Shown here in pieces: positions 25,773 through 34,540 of a stretch of 64,000 nucleotides of DNA. Location: the NCBI GenBank assembly GCA_043823085.1, contig JBDRBE010000001.1:47267-111266 (forward strand), in the 5' to 3' direction. This stretch comes from Candidatus Levyibacteriota bacterium (GTDB lineage: Bacteria > Patescibacteriota > Microgenomatia > Levybacterales > UBA12049). Under the pieces are notes generated by a model. That model did not search any database. It was not told where the DNA came from and was given only the letters and a program-made list of their open reading frames with translations. Each line of letters begins with the position of its first letter. Position 1 is the stretch's first letter. Both the position numbers and the translations under genes were made by a program.

Positions 25773-27206
25773 CTATTGTAATTTGTATTGACCAAGTATT
25801 TGATCTACTCCTTTTGTCAGAGTATCAACAGCACTTTGGGCAGAGGTATTGGCAAGCATAGATCTTACAGCATTTCCAATATAGGCGTTCATTTGAGCAT
25901 TTAAACCGTCATCAAAAGTATCGCTTGCAAAAAATGACGACGAGGCATCGTTTGCCTGACTGACAAAAGGGAAAACTAAAGGATTATCTTTTAAGCTATC
26001 TGCTAAATCAACTCTTGCATAGGGTTCGCCAAAGAATCTTGTCTTTGCAACTTCCGAAAATAATTTTTGCGCAGTTTCTTTTTGCGATAAATATTTTATA
26101 AAAACCAATGCTTCTTTTTGATGTTTACTTTTAGCGCTAACCCCTTCTGCCCAATAACTTGCAATCGTTGTATTTCTGTCCGGAAGATGAGGAACCGGAT
26201 AAATGGCAAACTTTAAATCGGGATTCAGCGCCTTAATTGTAAACACATCCCAAGAATAACCAAAATACATCGAGAGATTTCCTTTCGCAAAAGCAAGAAT
26301 TGACGAATCAAGATTATTATCCCAAACTTTTCCCTCGTCCTTGGCAAAGCTGGTATAAAAAGTTAACGCGTCAATTGCATTTTGAGATGTTTTGGAAAAA
26401 TTTTCTAAATCTGTTCCATTTTGGATTAAAAGAAGAGAAATAATATCCGGAGCATGAGTAATATTATCGAACGTCCCCATTGCCGCACCCGAATTCTTTA
26501 TCTTACCATTTTCATCAACAACTGTTAACGACCGGCTAACTCTTGAAAAATCATCCCAGGTTTTTGGGATATCAACGCCTGCCGCCTTAAAACTATCTGT
26601 ATTTACAAATAGAGCTAAAGTATCGATGCCTAAAGGAATTCCGTAAATGGCCCCATTTTTTACAAGATCTTTTTGAATAACCGGGTAAAACCATTTTTGA
26701 AAATCTTCTTTTTTAATTGTGTCCGAAGAAAGCGGAACTAGTATTTCTGCAAACATTGGCAGCCAAGAATTATGAAAACGAAAAATATCCGGTCCATCAC
26801 CATTGCCAATTCTTGTGGTAAGACGCTCTCTGTATTGCTTTATATCTTGCTTTGTATAGTCAATTTTTATATTCGGATTTTGTTTTTCAAAGTCGGCAAT
26901 CAAAGGATCTATGACCTGCTTATCTTCCCATAATCCCCAATACAAAAGGGTGACTTTTTGATTCTTATTTTGTAGAAATTTTGGAGCAACAAAATTAAAA
27001 ATCAAAAAGCCGATTATAAACAAAAAAATCGCGCCGATAAGTATTTTTAGAATTTTTCCAAAAAAGGAAGAAGATTCGTAATCCGGCGGCGATTCAAAAG
27101 GAAGAATAGGCGCAGTTTCTTTTTGAACAGGCTGTGGAGCTATATCTTTTGACAAAGAACTAATATCTTTTTTACCTTGAAAAACCGTATTCTCGTCTAT
27201 AGACAT
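25773..27206 (-). CDS. extracellular solute-binding protein (ABC transporter SBP, family 1), TM-anchored
   Basis: 477 aa. An N-terminal TM anchor then a sugar-type SBP fold (TLLYWGLWEDKQ...NPNIKIDY). No permease or ATPase genes are adjacent. Confidence 0.7.
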   Translation of the reverse strand: MSIDENTVFQGKKDISSLSKDIAPQPVQKETAPILPFESPPDYESSSFFGKILKILIGAIFLFIIGFLIFNFVAPKFLQNKNQKVTLLYWGLWEDKQVIDPLIADFEKQNPNIKIDYTKQDIKQYRERLTTRIGNGDGPDIFRFHNSWLPMFAEILVPLSSDTIKKEDFQKWFYPVIQKDLVKNGAIYGIPLGIDTLALFVNTDSFKAAGVDIPKTWDDFSRVSRSLTVVDENGKIKNSGAAMGTFDNITHAPDIISLLLIQNGTDLENFSKTSQNAIDALTFYTSFAKDEGKVWDNNLDSSILAFAKGNLSMYFGYSWDVFTIKALNPDLKFAIYPVPHLPDRNTTIASYWAEGVSAKSKHQKEALVFIKYLSQKETAQKLFSEVAKTRFFGEPYARVDLADSLKDNPLVFPFVSQANDASSSFFASDTFDDGLNAQMNAYIGNAVRSMLANTSAQSAVDTLTKGVDQILGQYKLQ

Positions 27207-27241
27207 GAGTATAGTATAATACTAGATGCAAACGTTGGCAA

Positions 27242-28681
27242 ATGAAAAAAAACTCATTTTCAAAATTCATTGACCATGAAAAAAAAGAACTAATTTTATT
27301 AGTTTCAAAAAGTTTTTTCTGGTTTTTGGTTGGAATATTCTTAGGCCTATTCTTCTTAATAAGCTTTGTTTTTTTAATCTTCCAAAAAATGTATTCTGAT
27401 GTCGTTTATCCCGGAGTTATGGTAAACAATATTCTGCTTGAAGGAAAAACGCAGGATCAGGTAAAAAAGTTTTTTGTTGAAAAAAATAAAAATATTAGCA
27501 ATACAAAATTCATTTTTATAAACCAGGAAGATATTGCCACTATTTCTGCTAAAGAACTGGAATTTAGCTATAATGAAGATCTTTTAGCAAAACAGGCCTA
27601 CAGCATTGGAAGATCTAACAGCCCACTTTCAAATATCAGTCTTCTTTTCCAAGCATATGTAACAGGAATTAATCTGGCTCCATCGTATCATTACTCCGAA
27701 GACAAACTACAAAAAATACTTCTTCCTATGACTGAAAAAATAAATACGCCTGCGATAGACGCGCTTTTCAATTTTGAGAATAGAAAAGTTATAGCGTTTA
27801 AACCTTCATCTGATGGACAAGAAGTTGATATGAAAGAATTAGAAAACAAGCTTAACTCCAAGCTGGTAGAAGTTATTAGTTCTAAAAAACCACTGACAAT
27901 CAACATTGTAATTCCCATCAAAATTCTTAAGCCAAAAATTACAACCGATAAAGCAAATAATTTAGGAGTAGAAGAATTAATCAGTCAAGGCACATCACTT
28001 TTTTATCACTCTATCCCAAACAGAATTTACAATATAACTCTTGCCTCGGAAAGACTTAATGGAATTTTAGTTGCGCCGCAAGAAATCTTTTCTTTTAATC
28101 AAGCTCTAGGAGATGTTTCGGCCTTCACTGGCTATCAACAAGCATACGTGATTCAAAATGGAAAAACAGTTCTTGGAGACGGAGGAGGAGTTTGCCAAGT
28201 TTCAACCACGCTTTTTAGAGCTGTTTTAAATGCGGGACTACCTGTTATTGAAAGACGCGCTCATGCTTATAGAGTCGGCTATTATGAACAAGATTCCGAT
28301 CCTGGTCTTGATGCAACTGTTTATAGCCCAAGTCCTGACTTAAAATTCAAAAACGACACCCCAAATTATATTCTTATTCAAACTAATGTTGATGGCGAGT
28401 CTCAACGTTTAACCTTTATGCTCTATGGAAAAAAAGACGGCAGAGAGGTTATTCTTAATAAGCCTGTCATTGTTTCACAAACACCTCCTCCGCCCGCAGT
28501 TTATCAAGATGACCCAACGCTTCTAAAAGGAGTAACAAAACAAGTAGATTTTCAAGCCTGGGGCGCCAGTGTTTATTTTACAAGAAAGGTGATAAAAAAT
28601 GGCAAAACTATTATTTCTGATAAATTTGTTTCCAATTATCAACCCTGGGCAGCGGTATATCTGAGGGGAACAAAAGAATAA
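27242..28681 (+). CDS. VanW family protein
   Basis: 479 aa. N-terminal TM, then a VanW domain with GGGVCQVSTTLFRAV. Confidence 0.8.
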   Translation: MKKNSFSKFIDHEKKELILLVSKSFFWFLVGIFLGLFFLISFVFLIFQKMYSDVVYPGVMVNNILLEGKTQDQVKKFFVEKNKNISNTKFIFINQEDIATISAKELEFSYNEDLLAKQAYSIGRSNSPLSNISLLFQAYVTGINLAPSYHYSEDKLQKILLPMTEKINTPAIDALFNFENRKVIAFKPSSDGQEVDMKELENKLNSKLVEVISSKKPLTINIVIPIKILKPKITTDKANNLGVEELISQGTSLFYHSIPNRIYNITLASERLNGILVAPQEIFSFNQALGDVSAFTGYQQAYVIQNGKTVLGDGGGVCQVSTTLFRAVLNAGLPVIERRAHAYRVGYYEQDSDPGLDATVYSPSPDLKFKNDTPNYILIQTNVDGESQRLTFMLYGKKDGREVILNKPVIVSQTPPPPAVYQDDPTLLKGVTKQVDFQAWGASVYFTRKVIKNGKTIISDKFVSNYQPWAAVYLRGTKE

Positions 28682-28831
28682 GCAAATAACTCAATAAGCA
28701 AATTTCAAATCAATATCAAATGACAAATAAATACAAATAAACAAATATAAACGTAGAATTTGTAATATTTGAAATTAAAAATTTTTAATATTGATTTGTT
28801 TATTTGACATTTGTAGTATTCCAAAACAACT

Positions 28832-29314
28832 ATGAACAAAATAATAACTCCCGAAATTGCAATAAAGACTTCAGAGGTATTAAGAGGAAAGGGTAAACAT
28901 ATTATTTTGGCCGGTGGTTGTTTTGACATTTTACATATTGGACACATTGAGTTTTTAAAACAAGCAAAAAAATACGGTGACTATCTTTTTATTCTTTTGG
29001 AAAGCGACGAAAGTTGCGCCAAAAAAGGGAAAAACCGTCCGATAAATATGCTCTATGACCGCGCTAAAATTTTATCGGCAATCGGATTAGTTGACTATAT
29101 TATTCCAATTCCAGAATTTGACGACCAAGGTTATATTGATTTGATTAAGCAATTAAAACCTGATACAATCGCGATAACAAAAAACGATCCTTTTAAGGAT
29201 CGTAAAGAAGAACAAGCCAAATTGATAAATGCAAAAGTAGTTGAAGTTATAAACCATTTGTCAAATAAATCAACTACGCAGTTATTAAAACTATTATCCG
29301 AGAATAACATATGA
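28832..29314 (+). CDS. cytidylyl-/adenylyltransferase family protein (RfaE domain II-like, HIGH nucleotidyltransferase)
   Basis: GGCFDILHIGHIEFLKQAKKYGDYLFILLESDES...KGKNRP matches the HldE-C / TagD HxGH nucleotidyltransferase core. 160 aa. Confidence 0.65.
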   Translation: MNKIITPEIAIKTSEVLRGKGKHIILAGGCFDILHIGHIEFLKQAKKYGDYLFILLESDESCAKKGKNRPINMLYDRAKILSAIGLVDYIIPIPEFDDQGYIDLIKQLKPDTIAITKNDPFKDRKEEQAKLINAKVVEVINHLSNKSTTQLLKLLSENNI

Positions 29315-29793
29315 AAACAGTTTTTGGATTATTTGCCCTGCTCATAATTATTGCCTTGGGAATTGCTTTTTATCAAAACAGTTCAAAAAATAATCCTTCA
29401 TTTTTAACAAATTTTTTTGGTAAAAAAACAACCGTAACGATTGATAAGCAAATTTTTGTGGTTACGGTTGCAAAAAGCGATTTGGATAAAGAAAAAGGAT
29501 TATCTGTTAAAAACTCTATTGCGCAAAACGAGGGCATGCTTTTTCCTTTTACAAAAGAAGATTATTATGCTTTTTGGATGAAAGATATGAAATTTTCTAT
29601 TGATATAATATTTATTAATAAAAATCGTATTATCACAATTTATCAAAGTGTGCCTGCGCCCAAATCGCCTAGCGAAAGCTTGACATTATACAAACCCGAA
29701 AAGCCGGCCGACATGGTTTTGGAAATTAATGCCGGACTTTCCCAAAAATATAATTTTAAAAAGGGCGACGAAGTTAAAATAGAAAATCTTTAA
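29311..29793 (+). CDS. DUF192 domain protein
   Basis: 160 aa with a signal/TM segment. EGMLFPF...FWMKDMKFSIDIIFIN pattern typical of DUF192. Confidence 0.5.
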   Translation: MKTVFGLFALLIIIALGIAFYQNSSKNNPSFLTNFFGKKTTVTIDKQIFVVTVAKSDLDKEKGLSVKNSIAQNEGMLFPFTKEDYYAFWMKDMKFSIDIIFINKNRIITIYQSVPAPKSPSESLTLYKPEKPADMVLEINAGLSQKYNFKKGDEVKIENL

Positions 29794-29811
29794 AACTTCC
29801 TCTTTTAAAAT

Positions 29812-30933
29812 ATGCTCATTTTAGGAATTGAAACTTCTTGCGACGAAACATCAGCGGCAATTGTGGAAGACGGAACAAAAGTTCTTTCTAATGTTATTTC
29901 TTCATCTCTTCCTCTTCACGTTAAAACAGGCGGAATAATTCCGGAAGTTGCCGCAAGACAACAAATTAAATATATTATTCCTGCAATCAATCAAGCTTTA
30001 TTAGATGCATTTGACGTGGGAAGTGAGAAGTGGGATCTTGATGTTTTGAAATCAAGAAATCTTGACGTCAAGAATTCAAGATCAAAAATATCTCACCTCT
30101 CACGTCTCATTTCTAAAATCGATGCCATTGCCGTCACTGTTGGTCCGGGGCTAATTGGTTCACTTCTTGTCGGCGTTGAAACAGCCAAAACTTTAGCCTA
30201 TGTTTGGAAAAAACCGATAATACCGGTCAATCATTTAATCGGCCACATCTACGCTAACTTCGTTAGCGAAATTTCAAATTTCAAATTTCAAATTTCAAAT
30301 TCGTCAATTACTTTCCCCGCTCTTGTTTTAATCGTTTCCGGCGGACATACTGATTTACTATTGATGAAAAATCATGAAAAATTAAAGTGGCTGGGCGGAA
30401 CCCGTGACGACGCAGCCGGCGAAGCATTTGATAAAATCGCAAGACTTCTTGGCCTTCCTTACCCCGGGGGACCAATAATTGAACAAAAAGCAAAAAACGG
30501 AAACCCTAAAGCTTTTAATTTTCCAAGGCCGATGATTGATTCAAATGATTTTGATTTTAGTTTCAGCGGTTTAAAAACAGCAGTTTTACGCGAAACCAAA
30601 ACAATTAAACAATTAAGCAATGAAACAATCGCTAATCTTTCCGCTTCTACCCAACAAGCCATTGTTGACATTTTAGTTGCCAAGACTTTAAAAGCCGCAA
30701 AAGAATATAATGTTAAATCAATTCTTCTTTCCGGTGGCGTCTCGGCGAATGATAAATTACGAGAACAATTTCAACTAGATGCTAGACGCTACTTACTAGA
30801 TGCTAATATTTTTTATCCCGATAAAAAATATTGTACAGATAATGCTGCTATGATCGCCTCGGCCGCATTCTTCAACTACAAACCCCTAGACTGGAGAAAA
30901 ATTACCGCTAATCCTGAACTTTACTTTATTTAA
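29812..30933 (+). CDS. tsaD: tRNA N6-adenosine threonylcarbamoyltransferase TsaD
   Basis: MLILGIETSCDETSAAIV N-terminus and the Kae1/TsaD fold. Contains the in-frame tandem 7-mer repeat (30271-30300) encoding NFKFQISN. Confidence 0.9.
   Translation: MLILGIETSCDETSAAIVEDGTKVLSNVISSSLPLHVKTGGIIPEVAARQQIKYIIPAINQALLDAFDVGSEKWDLDVLKSRNLDVKNSRSKISHLSRLISKIDAIAVTVGPGLIGSLLVGVETAKTLAYVWKKPIIPVNHLIGHIYANFVSEISNFKFQISNSSITFPALVLIVSGGHTDLLLMKNHEKLKWLGGTRDDAAGEAFDKIARLLGLPYPGGPIIEQKAKNGNPKAFNFPRPMIDSNDFDFSFSGLKTAVLRETKTIKQLSNETIANLSASTQQAIVDILVAKTLKAAKEYNVKSILLSGGVSANDKLREQFQLDARRYLLDANIFYPDKKYCTDNAAMIASAAFFNYKPLDWRKITANPELYFI
30271..30300. repeat. tandem heptanucleotide repeat (ATTTCAA)x4 plus 2 nt, in-frame inside tsaD
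   Basis: Exact 7-mer copies at 30271, 30278, 30285 and 30292. 30 nt in total, so the frame is preserved. Confidence 0.8.
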
Positions 30934-31011
30934 CCGCTTGCCCTTCCGAAGCCTTGGCGAAGGAGGACCAACCCCGAATTATATTTTGAATAGCTTAGAG
31001 TATTAACGTTG

Positions 31012-31830
31012 TTATTTTTTCCTTAGAATTTTTTCTACCGTAATAGATATGACTTCTAATATCTCCTCCATCGTATTTTTCCCACCCGATAAATGATCCC
31101 ATAATTCCGAAGCTATAAGCACTTCGTCTGGACTAAAAAATTTCTTGAATTCTATTAAATAACTAAAGAATCTCTCTTTATCATATCCTGTTGGGCTATC
31201 CGATGTTGGATCAAAAGGAAACCCAATATAATATCTTGTCTCCTTTTCTGGATTTTTATTCTTAAATGCAGCCTTTGCATGTAAAATCTTCTGTTTTTCT
31301 CCTCTTCCTTCACCCGAGTTAGGCCTAACTGATTTAAGTTCAATTCCTTCTATAAATATCTCTGTTTCTATGTAATTATCTACAGTAAATCCTAAAGCAT
31401 CCACTTCCGGCTCAGATTTTCTAAAATTGAATATTAACTTATTTTCTCTGTCTAAATTAGGCGCTATTCCATCTCTGCGTTTTAGTTCCCTAATAATATT
31501 ATCTATATCTTCCGCTTGGCTTTTTTTAATCCTTAATGTAAACGCACCGGTAAATTCTCTTTTATAGCCTCCTGAAATTATGTGTGACAGGTCTTCAAAG
31601 CTATTACCCAAAGATGTGCTTAAACCATGCAGCCAACTAGAAATAGCAAATAAATAAGGCGTTGGTATATTTATATTCCTGAATTGCTCTTCAAATCTTT
31701 TTATAATCAGTTCATGAAAAGGAGCATTTCTATTCTTATGATCAATTTTGGGAAAGTTTTCAGCTCTGGAAGCTAGTATCTTTTTTATGACCTCCGAGAT
31801 TCTTTCCTTCTTTTCTACATTTAACGCCAT
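31012..31830 (-). CDS. putative type II restriction endonuclease (partner of the adjacent methyltransferase)
   Basis: 272-aa ORF 7 nt downstream of the DNA methyltransferase gene and apparently co-oriented with it. No recognisable housekeeping domain. Assigned by context only. Confidence 0.4.
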   Translation of the reverse strand: MALNVEKKERISEVIKKILASRAENFPKIDHKNRNAPFHELIIKRFEEQFRNINIPTPYLFAISSWLHGLSTSLGNSFEDLSHIISGGYKREFTGAFTLRIKKSQAEDIDNIIRELKRRDGIAPNLDRENKLIFNFRKSEPEVDALGFTVDNYIETEIFIEGIELKSVRPNSGEGRGEKQKILHAKAAFKNKNPEKETRYYIGFPFDPTSDSPTGYDKERFFSYLIEFKKFFSPDEVLIASELWDHLSGGKNTMEEILEVISITVEKILRKK

Positions 31831-31837
31831 ATGCTTA

Positions 31838-33436
31838 TTAAGCCTCTTTTAAATGAAATATTATTTCTGAATAGGGAGATTTATCTCTTTCCGTTCTATT
31901 TAAAACCGGCCTTTTATACATATTAACTATTTTCATGCCTGATTTATAGGCAATACCAGGGTACAGATTATATTTGTCATTTGCAACTATAAAAACATTA
32001 TAACCCTCCACCAAGTATTTTCTTGAATTTAGCAACACTTTAGAAATATCCTCTACATAGGATTGTCTCGCCTCAAGGCCTTGCCCTTTGTATAACGGCC
32101 CTATCTCTAAATCATCTTTTCGTTTAAAACCAAAAAGATCATATGCGTAAGCATGCTGTTCATGATAATCTATTTGTCCAACATACGGCGGTGAAGTAAA
32201 TATTCCTTTTATTTTTTTCTTTAATAATAACTTATAAAAATTAGGTCTAATTTTTCTAATTTCATCCTTAATATTTACCGTTCTCGAATCACCGCAAATT
32301 ATGGCTGAAAAGGCATCAGTTTTTAATTTACTAAATTCTCTTAGCCGAAATAGCGTATCTAAAGAATACCTAATGAACATTTTATTTATTGAAAAAATTG
32401 GCTTGCATATTTTCATGTGTTTATAGCAATAATAAGTTGTCAATTGAGGTGCTTTAAGCGTTGCTAAATCAGAGTGCGTTGTTGCCCTGCATGAACGAAT
32501 TGTCCTGCTTAATATGATTGCTAATATTTTTTTATTTTTTTTATTTTCTATTTTCTTTATTCGTTCGAAAGCGTAATTAAACTCTTTTCGAACATTATCA
32601 GTATACCATTTGTCTAAAAAATTATTTTTTCCGATCTGTTCTAATTTAACTTTATATTTTTGAATTAATGCATTGTAAATTTTCAAAAACTCTTTTTCTT
32701 TATCGCTTATATAATCTCTTCCTATTTCGTTTCTTGCTAATTTATACTTGAAATCTGGGCTTGGAAAATATTTATGGTTAAATTCATTAATCGCTTCTGT
32801 GAGTTCCCCATCAAAAGCTTTAATTTTATTATCTGATTCATAGGAAGTTACTAATTCCATTAAGGTTTTTATTTCTTTTTCTAAAATGTTTAAATCATAA
32901 TTTAATAATTTAACCTCTGCTATTAAACAATTAAAACGCGATATCTCAATTCCCACAGAGTGAATCCCTAATTCGTTAGCTTGAATTAGAGTTGTGCCAG
33001 AACCAACAAATGGATCCAATACGATGTCTCCTTTATTGAAATAAATCTTCTTCTTAAAATCATCCGTATGTGTATCGAGAAAATAATTAACTAGCTGCGG
33101 AATAAATTTTCCCTTATATGGGTGCAGTCTGTGAACATGTTTAGTCGTATCCTTTTCCCTATAATTATCAAAGGATAATGTCCAATTTAAATCTTGCCCT
33201 AGCCTCTTTTTCCAATCTAATTCTTTTGTCCATTTGGATGAAATGTAATATTTTTTTAAATCATCAACATCTATTAGAGTAGAACCATTATTGTTGAATT
33301 TATGAACTTTACCATATTGGACTAAATAGGAAATATTTAAGACACTAATTTCCTTGTTGAGTAATTTACTGGCTAGCTCACTAGCCTCTTTTATGGAAAT
33401 TAACTGCTGCGGCATAAATTTATTATAACAACTCAA
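31838..33436 (-). CDS. DNA methyltransferase (N4-cytosine or N6-adenine, N-4/N-6 MTase family)
   Basis: 532 aa. Motif I DPFVGSGTT (AdoMet binding) near residue 140, and motif IV SPPY near residue 415. SPPY is more typical of m4C enzymes. Confidence 0.85.
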   Translation of the reverse strand: MSCYNKFMPQQLISIKEASELASKLLNKEISVLNISYLVQYGKVHKFNNNGSTLIDVDDLKKYYISSKWTKELDWKKRLGQDLNWTLSFDNYREKDTTKHVHRLHPYKGKFIPQLVNYFLDTHTDDFKKKIYFNKGDIVLDPFVGSGTTLIQANELGIHSVGIEISRFNCLIAEVKLLNYDLNILEKEIKTLMELVTSYESDNKIKAFDGELTEAINEFNHKYFPSPDFKYKLARNEIGRDYISDKEKEFLKIYNALIQKYKVKLEQIGKNNFLDKWYTDNVRKEFNYAFERIKKIENKKNKKILAIILSRTIRSCRATTHSDLATLKAPQLTTYYCYKHMKICKPIFSINKMFIRYSLDTLFRLREFSKLKTDAFSAIICGDSRTVNIKDEIRKIRPNFYKLLLKKKIKGIFTSPPYVGQIDYHEQHAYAYDLFGFKRKDDLEIGPLYKGQGLEARQSYVEDISKVLLNSRKYLVEGYNVFIVANDKYNLYPGIAYKSGMKIVNMYKRPVLNRTERDKSPYSEIIFHLKEA

Positions 33437-33482
33437 AAAAATATTACCACTATGGAAATAAAATTTCTGCTACAATATAAGC

Positions 33483-34505
33483 GTGCAAAATGAATTTTTA
33501 GTGATTATTTTAGTGATTGCCGGCTTTGGGGCGATACTTTATTTGCTGAATAAAAAACTTTCGGAAATAAACCAGCCAAAAACCGATGAAACACTTTTGG
33601 AATGGCTAAAAAGCATGCAATCATCGGTTGAAGCAACTAAAAAAACTTTAAATGAAGTACTTCGATCAAATTCCAATGATATGGTAAAGACCTTGCAGGA
33701 AAATTCCAAACAACTTAATGAAAGATTAGACAAAGCGGCAACTGTAATTAGAGATGTCGGAAAAGAAGTCGGGCAAATGAGTGAAATTGGCCGCAACATG
33801 AAAGAACTGCAGGAATTTTTAAAAAGTCCAAAATTGCGTGGAAATATCGGAGAACATATATTAAAAGATTTAATTTCCCAAATCTTTCCCAAAAACAGCT
33901 TTCATCTTCAATATCAATTTAAATCGGGTGAAAAAGTTGACGCCGCCATAAAAACCGACGCCGGGATTCTTCCTATTGATTCAAAGTTTCCTATGGAAAA
34001 TTTTCAAAAAATGGTCAAGGCCGAAAACGAGAAAGAGAGAGAAGAATTTAGAAAAGAATTTGCCAGGGATGTTAAGAAACATATTGAAGTAATTTCCAAA
34101 AAGTATATTCTGCCTGAAGAAGGAACTATGGATTTTGCCCTCATGTATCTTCCAAGCGAATCAGTTTATTACGAATTGGTAAATATGACTGAAATTATTG
34201 ATTACGCAAGAAGAGCAAGAGTTTATGTTGTCTCACCAAGTACGCTTTATGCTCATCTCCAAACTATTCTTCTGTCTTTCGAAGGTAAGAAAATTGAAAC
34301 CCGCTCACGCGAAGTTTTTCGAATGCTTAGAGCATTAAAAATCGACTATGACAAGGTTGATGACAATTTAGGCGTTCTTGGTAAACACATAAACAATGCC
34401 TCGTCTCAATTTAATAATGTAACAAGCGGTTTTTCCCAATTAGGCAGAAAACTTAATTCAACTAAAATTCTAGATGAAAAAATTACCGAACAATTGGAAG
34501 CATAA
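33483..34505 (+). CDS. rmuC: DNA recombination protein RmuC
   Basis: 340 aa. N-terminal TM, a long coiled coil, and a C-terminal RmuC domain (DFALMYLPSESVYYEL). Confidence 0.8.
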   Translation: MQNEFLVIILVIAGFGAILYLLNKKLSEINQPKTDETLLEWLKSMQSSVEATKKTLNEVLRSNSNDMVKTLQENSKQLNERLDKAATVIRDVGKEVGQMSEIGRNMKELQEFLKSPKLRGNIGEHILKDLISQIFPKNSFHLQYQFKSGEKVDAAIKTDAGILPIDSKFPMENFQKMVKAENEKEREEFRKEFARDVKKHIEVISKKYILPEEGTMDFALMYLPSESVYYELVNMTEIIDYARRARVYVVSPSTLYAHLQTILLSFEGKKIETRSREVFRMLRALKIDYDKVDDNLGVLGKHINNASSQFNNVTSGFSQLGRKLNSTKILDEKITEQLEA

Positions 34506-34540
34506 TCTCCTTTAAAAAATTATTGTGGTAAAATAACTCC

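Noticed and set aside
28705-28947. 80-aa ORF in the AT-rich vanW to cytidylyltransferase spacer
   Set aside because: It is translated from low-complexity (caaat)n-type sequence and overlaps the start of the plus-strand gene. There is no SD and the composition is implausible.
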